Positions 11,901 through 25,141 of a stretch of DNA of 64,000 nucleotides are shown here, piece by piece. The notes under the pieces are model-generated. The model did no database searches, was not told the DNA's origin, and saw only the letters and a list, made by a program, of their open reading frames with translations. Source of the DNA: Perkinsus olseni (Eukaryota). Each line of letters opens with the position of its first letter. Position 1 is the first letter of the stretch. Location of the stretch: assembly GCA_013115125.1 (NCBI GenBank), contig JABANN010000060.1:1-64000 (forward strand). The letters run 5' to 3'. A program made the position numbers and the translations under genes.

Positions 11901-14900
11901 TTCCTTTATAGTACAAGGGGGGATGATTGAGGTACCTGTAGGCACGGCGGTGACCACCACCACGGGTGGTGATGCAACTCACTCGGCGGCCTTCCCCACG
12001 AGGATCCCCAAAGGCAGCAGCTGCCAGCAAAGGCTCACCATCCTGCCCGTCTCTCTCATGACCTCATCGTATGGGGTATGGATCTCCCCACAGACTTGAC
12101 CTGCTACCGCCGACATCAACTCTAGGGAGGCCGGGGGGCGCTTACAGGGTTGAGGATTTTTCAGCTTCCCAGCGTAGACGTGAGCCCTCTCCTTAATGAG
12201 GTAGGCCTTCACGTTCCAATCATCATACCAAAGTCCGAAGGAGGTGGGCAGCATCGCCAAGGCCACGTCCCACCGGATGACCTATCAGGACGAAGATGGC
12301 CCGTCGGGCCGAGGGAGCACCCACCGAGTCCGAGCCGTCGGGGTCCAAATCGCTCATGTCCATCTGCAGCCAGTCGGCGATGGGGGCCACCTGGGGGTGG
12401 GGCGAAGCAGGGGGAGGGTATACGGGAGAGGCTACCACGTAATCTTGGCCCATGAAGTGGCCGTTGGCGCAGAGGAAGAAGAGAACAAGGGACCCCACTG
12501 CAATAACGAGGATCATGCCGCGGCCGAGCAGCCTGCCGGGGGGGGTATGAGGATGGGAGTTGCGTCTGGTGTGGTATTGGCTTACATCGTCAAAGTGTCG
12601 TCCCATGGGCACATCCAGTCCTTGGTGGAGAAGGGGTTGGTGATAACCAGCGAGCGATAGAACAACAACATCATACACTGGGCCGCCGCGAACACTACGG
12701 CTCGGCATCCGCTCAGAACGGCTGAGAAAGGAAGTGAATCTTAGGTCGAAGCGGATAACTTACAGAGCATGAGGATCTTTTGGCATCGTGGTCTTGTAGG
12801 TTTTATTGAGTACTTGGAAGCCACATAGAGCCCGAAAAAATCATAGTTGAGCCAGCGTATAAGAACCATGCTCACCTGCAGGGGTGGGGTACGAGCGAAG
12901 CGTCCCACAAGGCTTACTATAGTGAGACAGACTGCGGCAAAGACAACAGCTGGGCCCTCACACCGAGGGACTCCTACGGCCAGGGTGAGGAACTGCAATG
13001 GACCACCATGCTGCGGGTAGGCCCGGCCTTCGCTCTACTACTTGAGAGAAGGCCTCTGTCATGGCCTGGACCCATCGCCAGGCGACCTCGGCAAGGTCCC
13101 TGATACCGGAGAAGAGGTCGGGGATTTCCAGCACAAGGGCTTCGATACGGATGGAGATATCGAAGTTGAGTGAACCCAGAGAGGCACGCACCTAGAGGGA
13201 GAGTCGGTAGAGGGTGCTCGGTCAGGGTGTTGTCAGGACCAGTAGGAAATCGAAGAAGAACTTGACGAATGACGATATGGCCTGGACGAGGGTGTCGAAA
13301 GCGGAGGCTACGACTTCGCCGAGGTCGGGCAGGTCCGCATCTGTCTTGATGGGGATGCCGATGACCAACAGCCTTTGGCGCATCTCTCGTGGTCTACTGG
13401 GGTCGAACGGAGACACAGCCGCCCTGAGTTGGGGAAGGGGTGGTATTGAAGCAGCAGCCGGGCTTTCCGTCACCGAATGATCACAGCGAGGGCCATGAGC
13501 AGGGCCATGATCAGCTCCCCGACCATCACGGCCAGGAGTAGCCTGAGAGCGAGGCTGGCCAAGGTGCAGTGAAGAGGGCCTCACCACAGCCCGATGCCCC
13601 CACCGAAGAAGCCTATGATGGTCAGACCGAAGAGACGAAGGCCCCGACGGGCGCGGGGACCGGAGGGGTTGATGAGGACGCGGAAGAGCCTCATAGGGGC
13701 CTGCCAGCGAGTCCTCGTGGCAGGACTGAACGGGTTAGGACAATACCGAGGCGTCCTTCTTCACGAATTCTCTAGCCCTAGCGACATACCCACTCAGTCT
13801 GGGGTACTTGATAGGACTCGGAACCGTATCTGTGCGGTCGAGAGTGTACCTGAGGAGGAGGGGGACGAGTACACCATCACAGACCTACTTGGTAGGATCC
13901 TAAACCCTGAGTTGAACGAGAAAATCACAGACCCATTGGATCGCACGAGAGTTCGAATTATTAATCAATTCACAGAAGTCACACTGATCAAACGGTAGTG
14001 CAGCATAGGATTGTACTCTATCTTGGTCCAGAGGTGGCCTAACGCCAGTGGCTTTCTCTTCTTACATGCATCCGAAGAGGAGGAGGGTCATCCAAGGCAT
14101 GATGTTGCTGACCCAGATGACCACCAGCTCGAGAGAGATGCCCTCACCGCTAACCTCATCATCAAAGACGGCCTGGGCCTTCAAGAAGGAGCAGCAACAA
14201 CGTGAGTACCTGTCGACGAACTGTATAGCGCTACCACCAGTGATGTACCTACTCTCCTTCAACCGGGCAACAGTCCCCTACGAAGCCAGCATCAGCACAG
14301 TCGTTGTGCTTCGAGCACTCAGCGTCCCCGAGGAGGTCCACAGCACCCGTGAGAGGGATGGCACACTCCTCGCTGCTCCGCCGTCCGCGACGAGTAGCGG
14401 TGGGGAGACAATCGTTCAGCAGTCCCGAAAAGACCCCGTTGACGGGTAGTACACTGCCCTCCTTAGCCTTGATTCCTGCAGGAGAGGACCGGGTGGAGGA
14501 AAGATAGAACTCAGGATCCTACCCGATGCGGGAGAGCCTCTCCCTTCGAGATTGACCGAGTCGTTAGATGACGATCCGATGGAGGTGTGGTACCAGACGG
14601 CCGCCTTCCAGCTCGACCCGTCCCAGCGCTCCAGCAAGACCTGAGGGTGACCTTCCTCAGGAAAGGGGAGAAGTGGGCGGACCTGGTCAGCTTTGTCACA
14701 GCAATGGGCCGTGTCCCTGCTAGCGTGGGATATCTTTATGCATCGGACATCCACTTGACTTGACCTATAATCAACCTCAGGATACCTATTAGGAGTAGTA
14801 CCTACCTCCCGGCCCTTATCCCTGCCGTCCCCGAGAAGTCCATGCCGAGCCACTCCTCCCCAGGCTTGCAGAATGCAGCATCTCCCGCCTTGGCCACCTG

Positions 14901-17900
14901 TTGACGGACGCCACCAGTGATGGTCAAACCAACGACTCCCAGACGCCGTCACGGCACGAAGCGAAATTTTGAGGATCTGCTCCAGTTGCACTCGAGAAGG
15001 GTGGTGAAAATTTGAATCGGAAGGCGGCATCGCTCGGTCGAGGCTCATGACGGAGATCCCCAAAGACCCCATTCTACCCCACAGAAAGCAGCCCATTCCG
15101 TGTTCGAGTCAGCCTCGAAGGCCGCCTCAGGGCCGTACCTGACGCCATGCGATGAGAATCGACCGTTGAGGAAGACCCTACATGTCCGAGTCATCAAGAG
15201 CATACGCTGGTGGCAGCACGGAAGAGGCTATCGGCTCTCCGAACCCAGTGATTTCTCTCACACCTGCCAAGCTGCATCGACACAATTCGACGGGAGCTCA
15301 GCCAGGTTTACAGTCATCATCGGAGTAGAACTGTAGCCTGCCAACTCCCCAGGCACGGCTTCGGACCCTGACCAGACTGGGGCACTGACCCTCCTGCCCC
15401 TCCCCAAGGTAGGATATCCGCCACATGGTGTTGAACAGGGCCGGCCTCTTCTGCCAACCCCCTCCGCCTAGGCCCTCCAGTCTGAGTCGGTGATCGTACC
15501 ACTGCTAGGGACCGCGGGGCTGCTCACGTCATCGTCGTCTCCCACTCGACCCCTGTCCACCGCTGTAGGGCGGCTGACTTCGCCGCCTCAGTAGCAACTC
15601 CCGACTGCTTCAGACGGACGCATCTGAGGTCGATGCTGGCATTTCACAGAAGACACAGCGGCCGTACTTGACAATAGTCGTCTGAGCCTCTCCGAAATCA
15701 AAGCCCGTCCAAGCGTCGTTGCCGGAGCAAGGAGCGCAGTCCGCCGCCCAAAGCGTAGTGGTGTCGTTATCAGACGCCCGAGTAGGCGAATTGACTCCCG
15801 TGGACGCCATTGGCTGAGGGACCACGGTCTCGCTGTCTCGGGCAGGCCTCGTTTACCTCCCCTCCTTTAAGGAGGTTGGCAGGCAGGCAGTGAGGGTCCG
15901 AGTACATTTCCAACTCTGCTATCTTCCACCCATCCCGGACGTAATCGCTCAGCACCACCCTCCACTGAGTGCCCGGCCCTGCCGGATACCGCGACCAAGT
16001 GCCCCCACCGACCTGGCCACGTCCGTCCAAAGAGCAATACCGAGAAGGGGCTCACCTCCGAGAGGCGGCCCATCACTTGCCACGCCCCGAAGTTGTTGAC
16101 GATATCAGTGTCCGCCCCTACCGTCGTGTTCCGACCCCACCAGTCGACTCTGATGCTGCTCGCTTGGCGGCTGAGTTCCTTCGCCTGGAAGACACTCACA
16201 CACCGTACCTGCCACCGTACCTCACGTACCGTATCATCACCAGCGCTGTGGAGGCTGCCGACTACCTCATGTGGCGCGTCGATGCCTACGTCCAGGCCGA
16301 GCCACGCCCTCAACTCCGGGCCTTCAGTATCATCCGACCAGACCAGCTTGCCGGACCCAACCCACCCAGTCCCGACATCACCGTCGAAAGCCCGAGCGGC
16401 CTCCGCCACCTGATGGGTGCGAAGAACCGTCACTGCGCCACGAAATTCGGCCTTACTCCTTGGGAAGGGATTATCCCCACTGAGCTGGCTATAGGGGTAA
16501 TACCGCCCCTCACGCTGATCGCGTCCGTGCCTACACCTCAATGGGGCTGAGCGACAGTAGACAGTAGCCTTACACTGAACGTCAGTGTACATGACAAACT
16601 CCTTGATCTCCCACTCAGATGGGGTCTCATCAGCGGACTGTGGCTGGAGACGACCTGGCAGGCACTCTCGAAGCGCGACGCCCACCCGACCCACCCGAGA
16701 TCCGCCAGAGGGTAGCTGCCAATGCCGGTCGCCTCTCCCAGGTGCCCCCACCTATTTCGCTAAGACAAGGGGCGACCTCAAGATACGTCCGGGCGGAGCG
16801 ACGTACTGCAGGGCAATCCAATCCGTCCATTCAGTACCGCTCCATCGCTGCATCCAGGCCATGGTGGTCTGCTCCTCTACCACCCTGCTTTGGTAGATTC
16901 TAACGCACTTCACTTGGAACTCTCCCAGCCGCTGTATGCCGATCCAAGCGGGCTGGCGATGGTCGTAAGAATGGCTAGACTTCCATCCCGTCAAGACGTC
17001 CCCGTCGAAGGCCAGACTGCTGCGTTGATGTTCACTAGCCTCCCCACTGGTGATGGGGCTCGGAGGGTCACGCCAGTCCTCGGCATCGACGCTAGGGGTC
17101 GAGCACATACCGTCCGAGAACAGCGAGAGCTCCCGAACCTGCCCGAAGGGGTGCCAGAAAACTGCGGCTCGCCCACCCCCCTCACGTTCCAGATGGCGCT
17201 TGGTCGGGCCCAGGCCTCCTCGCTGTGGACAGTCCTCCACATCGAACCCGCCACAGCTGGCCGCTGGTTCCATGTGCCTGTGGCCGGTGTTGGTGATGGT
17301 GTGGTAGGGGCGCACTCACTGCCGCCGATAGCGTCTTGGAAGGCTACGACCTCCCAGGCCAGGCCTGCCCATCTGACCAGCTCTACTGAGGTAGCCTGCC
17401 TTGCAGGGTTGGAGGTCTGCAGAATCTTGAAGCACTTAACCTGAGCATCCTCAGTAACAATAAAGGACTACTTCCCTGCTACATCCTTTGACAACGGGAA
17501 GGAGAGGGCCAGTGTGGCTTGGCTGGAGTAGCAGCCCTTCTCAGGGTTCGCCTCGTCCGAGCAATCAGCCATCCAAGAGGTGTACTTGTTCCGGTCGAAG
17601 GCCAGCGGGCTCTGCTCCCTGCCGAGGGACCATCCATTCCGAGGACGGGTCTCGAGACCTCACAGCGTAGCGGTGGCCGTTGGCTCTCCCTCGAGGGCAG
17701 CCTCGTCCGAGCAATCCTCCTCGCCGTGGAGGCGCAGCTCGGCCACTTCCCACTTCTCTTCAACGCTGGCGAAGTTACGAACACCCCAGAGGTGTCTAAG
17801 ACCCGAGTTAGGTTGGGAACAGAAGGTCCCTGGTTCGATCCTCGGGACAGGTATTTCTAGCTCTGCGGCCTTCATCAAGAACAGCCTCAGCTCACCCAGG

Positions 17901-19381
17901 TGCCGGTTTGTTGTGCTCCCACTTGCCCCCTTCAAAGCTGGGGTCCCCGATCCTTCCAGTGGTGACCCAGTCCTCCCCATCCCACCGTTGCAGCAGCCTG
18001 GCAGGCAGACTGCAGGGCCCCGCGTACAAGGCCACCATCGTACATGTCCTGGGCGGCCGTCGATGGCCCATTGGTCGCCTTATAGTCGTCAGATTGCCAC
18101 ATCATAACGCACCTTACCTCAGCCACGGGGGAGCCTGACAGACCCCTTCTCGAGGCAGGCCCTAGGCTTCCCAGAGCCTCACTGAACTCCTGGCCGATCC
18201 AAGCACTCTGAGCAGGGCAGCCAACAGGCAAGCTGGACGAGCAGGAGGCCATCCAGGAGGTGTCGGTATCATAATCAATCGTGCCTGTAGGCAACAGCTA
18301 AAGCCCCTCAGACTCAGTACTACGCACTTCTAGCCAGCAGAGGGTTGCCGGAGGTCCGCTGAAGCTCCGGCGGTGAGCCAATGGCCGTGTGAATGGACGT
18401 GATCTCAAATCGCTCGTCACAGGTAATATCTTCGTAGAAGTGGACCTCGGCCACAGTCCAACGGTCGGCCATCTGCGGGGAGGCTAGGACCGCGTACTGC
18501 CGAGTGAGGCCCTACCTGCTGGTCATTCAGGAGCCTCCAGAGCGTCCCCGCGGGGGCCGGGCGTTGCTGCCAGACCCCGCCCGACAAAGCGTCCATGCGG
18601 AACTCGGGCATGTACACTTGCCCCACCCACTTCTCCACTTCTATTATGGCGCTGGAAGAGGCCGAGAGTTGCGCGTTTTGTGGTAGGAGCGGCTACCTCT
18701 GGCGAGACCAGATCGGTGACTGATAGACTCGCACGCATCGGATGGTGGGGACGGCGACTAACTGGGGGTTGGGGGCCTGGCTGGCATCGGCGAGGTATCT
18801 TGAGGTCGGTCATGGTTGTGCGCACAGCGAAGGATACGCTACTTAATCCAAGTGAGATCGTTAGCAATGGAAGCCCCAATCCACTCGGTGCCTGTGACAG
18901 GGGAAGATCACTTCCTATCAGTAGAAGGTGCTGAACTCACCAGCGGGACATCCCCCGGTCGCCTGGCGACACTGGGAAGACCACGCAGTGGCTGTGACGG
19001 CGTCGAAGGCTCTAATGACCGTGTTGACTGCGATTACGAGGACGATGGTGATGACGATCGGCCATCATTTCTTACGGGAATACTCAGCCGAGTGGGAGCT
19101 CTCGATGGTATCAGACAGCAGGGCCGTGCTCTCCTCCGCGCAGTCCCTATCAAAGTACATTTTCACTTCGTGTATCTCCCAGAAGTCGTAAACAGCATGC
19201 CCGTTGACCAGCCCTGCAGGACGACAAGATCAGCAGCTGCTTCAGTGGTGGTTGATGGTGCCCTACTGTAGACCTCATTCGCTCCCAGCTGACCCCGAGC
19301 CCGCCGTAACAACAGCAAGATCATCACCAGCATGGCCCCTCCCACCCGGAGGCAGCCTCGAGCTAATGGCATGGTGAGCAT
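8919..19381 (-). CDS. Very large spliced surface protein: signal peptide, ~7 tandem F5/8 type C (discoidin/CBM32-like) repeats, Cys-rich stalk, multi-pass TM region, low-complexity tail
   Basis: Signal-like AMLVMILLLLRRARG. The motif series WxVxELx[FY]xDxxC ... A[FS]DxDxxTxW ... AWxG ... V[KR]CV ... LQRWxGxxW ... GGxWxxRPA recurs about 7 times in 19200-14500. Then CSKHNDC...GDCCP...CCCSF and many hydrophobic exons in 14110-10170. That this is one gene is inferred. Confidence 0.7.
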
Positions 19382-20194
19382 CCGAGGTTGGTGCTAGCCC
19401 TCCACAGTGTGACAACGTTGACAACGCAATCACGCCCCTTGGACAGTCGAATGAAATGTGAAACTGGTCCATCAAGTGGCTCTCTTTAGGAGGCCGACAC
19501 TCGGACTAACAAAATCAATACCTTCATAACTACTCCTTCACAACAGCCACCCTCATCATTATTAAATTCACACCTGCAACGGAGCGCCATCGTTGCGGGG
19601 ACGCTATGGCGGGGAAGATGTCCTTCCAGTGGTGGGAGGGGTCTCCGAGGCAGTGGTGTCCTTGGTCTTGGTCCGCTGTTTCTGGAGGACAATTGTCTTG
19701 TAGTCCGCACTGTGATGGTGCTCCTCCATGGCGTCAAGAAGACCAATATCTCCAGTCGGAGCTGGCCTGATACAAGAAGGGCATGATCGAGTTGAATCGA
19801 TTGTGGTGTTGACAGCTCGTGACCATTTGTAAGTTCCACATAACAAGGTTTATATAAAACTATGCCATAGAGATTTTATCACTACTTGACTTGACGTAGT
19901 TGTATTACCCCGTATCTGTTTATCAAAAAATTGTCCAGAGCCGATCAGAAGTACATAGGAAGCGGACAGAGCTCATTGGACCAGAAATCTGTGGAGCTCT
20001 CAGAAGGTGTGAGTTTCGCAGAGCAGTTCTCATCTCTCATCGAGAAAAAAAAGTTTTTGCCAAAAATCTTCCGGCCGCAAATTTTTTCCAATTCAAAAAA
20101 TTTTCGTCTTTTTCCCCTTTCTTGACACAGTTGGATGAGCTTTCAATCGGACTGTATTATATGACGTTAATAAAGGTATGATGATAATAATAAA

Positions 20195-23100
20195 TTAAGA
20201 TTTGCTTCTAATTAACGGGTAATAGATGTGCTTCAAGACCCACCTAGCGGCGTATTTGGCAAGGCCGATGGAGAGGCCCTTGATGGGGGAGTTGGCCAAC
20301 AGCACACCAGCCCCAGCGGCCATGACTAGGATCCAGAATGGGAGGAAGCACAGGACAACACCACCGGCGAGGAGACCGTAGAAAGCCTTCTTAGAGAGCT
20401 CGTGTCTGACAAGGAGGAGGGGAATCTTTTTTACTGTGACTAACACGGGTAAGGATAAGATACCATCGTCGACAGGGATTCCGATACGACCGGTATTTTG
20501 CACGATACGCTTAATACCGTAAAATACGAAAATCAGGAAGATTGAAAAGGGAGTGTGAAACATATCTTTCATCAACGGCGGTACGAATAAGGTAATAGTG
20601 AAAAGATCCATTGACCCCAACCATGCTGACCAATTAGGCCACCGTCTTTTTCTGGGAGGAGTCAGCAAGCGGAAGAGCTTACTTCCATAAGATGATATTC
20701 CTGGCCAAGGCGACGCCGTCCACGATGGTCTTGACAGTCGGTTGGAAGCCAGCCGCCATCTCCTTCACCCACCCCGGGGACATGCGCGTGAAGGTCTTGA
20801 TGAGCCCACCGAACTCTTGCTGTTCGACATCATCTGACAACGACAGGGAATCCAGCCTCGTGCGTGTATGAGTTAGTACCGTCCGCAGCCTCTTTGACCT
20901 CGAGCAGGACAAGCTTGCCCGACTTATCCATGCCGCTGGTCATCGACTTGTTGGCCATGAAACGGTCATACCTACCGCGAACCAGTACCAGCGATCCTCC
21001 AAAGAAGATGATTACACGCAGAATGACATGCTACGGAGAAACGGTCTTCCTCTATGGGTAGACCAATACAATATCACGGCGGTTTTGCCACAATCGCCCC
21101 TCCTCAACAATCAATGGAAGCATCCGAGGACGGGGAAAGACTCTGTCCTTCCTGAGCTCCCACGAGGCGTTCCCTGCTCCCTAGAAGAATCTGCGCTCTA
21201 GAAAGGGGTTCCCGCCTTCTCACCCTTTCAGAGTCTTGTTGCGTATCATGAAGGCCGCTGTTATCCAGCAGGAAAAGGCTGGCCAGTAGGCGGCATAGTA
21301 ACTGCGGATGGGCGATCACCGTCGAGGTCGGGAGGTTCTGCCGATACCTCGCTAGAATGTACCCCACCAAGGCCGCCAGGGACTTCAACCAACTCTGCCA
21401 CATTATGATGGGCAGGATATGGTTCATGACGATTGGCTGGAGCCAGTTGAACCAAAGGACATCAGCGAGCCACCTGATGCCAGCACCTCTTGATACTTAT
21501 ACGGGTCGCGTCCATACCACACCATTCGTTATAAGTAGATCTATCAGATAGTACTACTATGATATATTAACGGGTATTTATATGGTTCCTTGATGAATAA
21601 TCGATACCACATTTTTCGCTCTTCTACCCTCCTACAACCACTAGATATTGGCGCCCCGTGAAGCACATCGTTACGTGGGCTCTCAATGCCAGAAGTGGGA
21701 CTCGAGGAGAATCCCCTCAAGGGATTGACTTCACTAGCGATCACTTGCATTTCCCTAACGCCATAAGCCCATTGATCTGGCCTGCGATCAGCCTACCCTC
21801 CAGCGTGCGACGGTGCTCTACTGTCAAGTTCGCGACCATAGACAATCCGTGACGCATTCCCCGGGTTAGTACATGCCGGGGCCGTAGAGGGCGTTGATGT
21901 CGAACTTGGGTTTGGGCTTTGGCTTAGGGACCATCTCCTCCTGGACGAAGGCGATCTTCTCGGACCAAGGGGTGAACATGATCTCCAAGGACAAATGAAC
22001 TGCCCCTGCAGGCTCACCTGAAAATTTGGATACTATCAGCGGAGCGAAGCAGAGGGTATTATTATTACCATCGAGAGTGAGTGGGAGCCAGCCTGAGGAC
22101 TTGGTGGAAGGGGCCAGCTGGGTAAGATCGAGGAAAGCCTCGCCAATGAGATCATCGTCTGAAGTTGCATCCCAGTCGAACCTACGACAAAGGGAAGTAA
22201 GAGGACGCATGGAAAGCGTATCTTAGGTCTACCCGCGGTAGATATGCGAAAGAGTGCACTGGTATCACTTTCCCCCGCAGGAAACGTGTTGGACTGCAGT
22301 CACGAGAATCTTTGCACGCGTGAATACCGTGCGTCAACATAAGATTCCTCAAATCGATCATATCAAACCCAGCCACTTACACCTGAACCTTCATCATTTG
22401 GCATGGTACGTTAACAACCATAGTAGTGCACTCATGGTTCCATACAGGCTCCAAGGTCTTCTTACACGTCTGTGACCGTCGAGATACCTGACCAAGATCT
22501 CTAGTATACTTTCATAAAGGTGACGTAGTATATATAGTAAAGTCCATCTTGCACAGGAATTTCTCGCCATGAACACAAAAATTTTTTCCGTCCCGGCTTG
22601 GAAGAGAGTACTCGTCATGGTTGCACCCTGACGACCATGCTTCTCCCAGGAGTCACCGAAAACGAGGATCTTCCGATTGTGGGACCGAGTCTCGCAACGA
22701 CGACGCTTTCATCCGATTCAGCACCGTCGGAAACGTCCTCGAACCATGACTCGAAAAAGGCGATGGTAACACCCTGTACTAGTGGTACTTACGTTATCAC
22801 TGAGAAGTGTGATGACACAATAAGGATCTGAGCTCTTGGCCTTCCCCATTATGTTAGAATCAGCCGCTTTCAGGCCCGACGCCTCTATTAGAGTAACATT
22901 GAGGAGAGCGTAGAGGTCCCAGCCGAACTTAACTGGACAAGGTTGGAGCATGCACGATATAGATGTGAAAGATACTCTCCCTATTACGTGTGGGGTCATT
23001 CATGTCCAGCATCCCGCCGCCCTCGCCAGCATCGAAGGTACCACCAAGCTTGGCAAAGTGACCGACCTTGCCGATGCCGGCTCCGGCCATATCGACAGCC

Positions 23101-23252
23101 CCACCCACGGCGCCGCCGACTCTGCCAATGCCGGCTCCGGCCATATCAACAGCCCCACCCACGGCGCCGCCGACAGCCCCAGTGGCCACGGTGCCCACTG
23201 TCCCCACGGCCCCAGCAGTTCCCTTCACTGCGGACTTACCGATGTTCCCCAC
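20195..23252 (-). CDS. C2-domain and transmembrane protein (MCTP/PRT_C-like), spliced
   Basis: C2 motifs LNVTLIEASGLKAADSNIMGKAKSSDPYCVI, KTLEPVWNHE, FDWDATSDDDLIGEAFLDL, GWLPL, GAVHLSL. C-terminal hydrophobic region (NIILWK...GVVLCFLPFWILVMAAGAGVLL) as in MCTP proteins. Confidence 0.75.
23071..23178. repeat. 54-bp in-frame tandem duplication in the first exon of the C2 gene
   Basis: Units start at 23071 and 23125; each encodes VGGAVGGAVDMAGAGIG. Confidence 0.9.
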
Positions 23253-24584
23253 GGCTGAGGGCAGACAAGTACCGAGTAATGGTCGTGTTGGTAATACTTA
23301 CCTCTAGCGGCTCCCGTTAGCTTCGAGAAAGGCGCAGCGATTCCGCCTTTTTTACCATTGTTTTCGGACCCCGAGTCTCTCTTCTCGGCCTTGACCTGTG
23401 GGCTAGGTGTCCGTGTTGGAGTAGGAGCATCTCCAGCGCAACTGAGAGGGGGGGGGGGTCCAACGGCAGTGGGGCCCCGATGGCTCCTACTTCTTGCACT
23501 TTTTGGTCCCTATGAAGCGTCCACTGGCGAGACAATCACTGCACACTGTCTTCCCGCACGGCTTGCATACGTATGTCCTGAGAGAACCCAGTATCACCAG
23601 ATTTGCGAAAAAATGGTATGAAATTTTCGAAGCAAATTGTGCTAGGGAGAGCCCTACTGGCGGACACGAGTACGAGTGAAAAATGGCAGCAAGGCGGCGC
23701 GCAAAGAGAAGAGAAGTGCCCTCGTTGGCCCAGCATGAAGTTCATTTATCGGGATGTGGCCGGATTCGGCTTCACCCTAGTCAATTGGAGGCCCCCGACT
23801 ACTTATTTCCCTCCGCCCCACAAAGCTCACATCTCGTCCCCGCTGTGACGGCCATGAGAAGTTATATAATAGTACTGAATCAACTCAAATGGATGGCGTT
23901 CTTCTAGCGGGGATTGCGCAGTTCAGAAATATAATCGATCACAATGGCGCGCGCTAGTGACGTACGTTTTCTAGCCAACGTTTGGCGTGATAAAGCGCGT
24001 TGCGTCGTGCATATCAGTCGAGAAAGGAGAGGGCCTCGTCAATGAGCCTCTTTCGACACCCTGCCTCCACTCGGCTGGGCTCGGTGTAATCTGACTGAGT
24101 GTATCGTCTGAATCAGTTCCGTGCGCCCGGAAAGCGCTGGCACTACTTCCTTTCCGGTGTTCTCCGCTGTACCGTAGTGTGGTCTTCTCGGCCCTCAGGT
24201 GCCCTGCCGTGTACTTCCCCCCTACTCCGACGGTTCGTCCTCGACTCTCATCATGTGTGGGGGTTGGTCACGAGACGTCTTTTAGCATAGTAGTCTTGTG
24301 TGCAGCTTTGTTCCCTTGCTAGTCGGTGAGGTTGCCTGGTCGCATTATTGTATCTGATGATTCATGTACATCTTGTTCAGCCGCTAGTCTCGTTGGTGCT
24401 TGCTTCTGTAAACTAATGTTTCCATCCGATGTTTTTTGTTCAATCAGTGCCTTAGCGTTCTATTCCGGTAAGAGCTTATGCGGCACCCTGGCGTCTGGTG
24501 GTCCTCGGCGGGCCTGTTGTGTTCGGCCAATCCATCGACCTCTATGGACCTCTGCTGTTGTTAAGCCTCTCTCAGGCTCTTTCC

Positions 24585-24660
24585 TAGGCCTCTCTTGTAT
24601 GGCTCCTTCGTAGGCCTCTGTTGTATGCCTTTTTCGTAGGCCTCTCTTGTATGGCTCTTT
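24585..24660. repeat. 26-bp tandem repeat, 3 copies
   Basis: taggcctctcttgtatggctccttcg / taggcctctgttgtatgcctttttcg / taggcctctcttgtatggctcttt at 24585, 24611 and 24637. Confidence 0.85.
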
Positions 24661-25141
24661 GGTTGCTTTCTTCTCATGACGTCCTTAGAACCTACGTGAG
24701 GTTGTATCTATAGAGCTCTGATACGTCGTGCTTCATCAGTGCAACCTCTTTTTCTCGCCTTCCTCTGCGGTTGCATCATCTCAAGGCTTGTGGGGACGCC
24801 ATCCATGTGCATGAACTTGCTTTCTTGCTTTCGACTATATAACCAGCTGCCCCTACCCTTCGTTCTGCAGTGACTCATCACCATTGCCGTTTCCTGCATG
24901 CAACAGTTGGAGTTGGTTATTGTGCTAGTCCCCTGGGGAGAGGGCGAGTGGCGGAGAATAATTATATCCTACAAGGCCTGCATGCATTCGATGTTTCAGT
25001 CGGTGTTACTATCCCCGAGTGGTGTTGCGTAGGTTAGGGTCGTTTAAGGCATGGACTTTGCAGAAGGACAATCCTACGAACCCTGGCAAGCTGTCCACCC
25101 GCCCGCAGTACGAGGTCCGTTCAGCAGGGAGTGATTCTTTC

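Noticed and set aside
8900-15100. Retrotransposon or viral insert suggested by dense overlapping ORFs
   Set aside because: No RT, integrase, protease or capsid motifs and no terminal repeats; better explained as exons of the membrane protein gene.
19400-19850. Small minus-strand gene (MEEHHHSADYK...)
   Set aside because: No consistent splice model or recognisable motif; may be UTR or intergenic.
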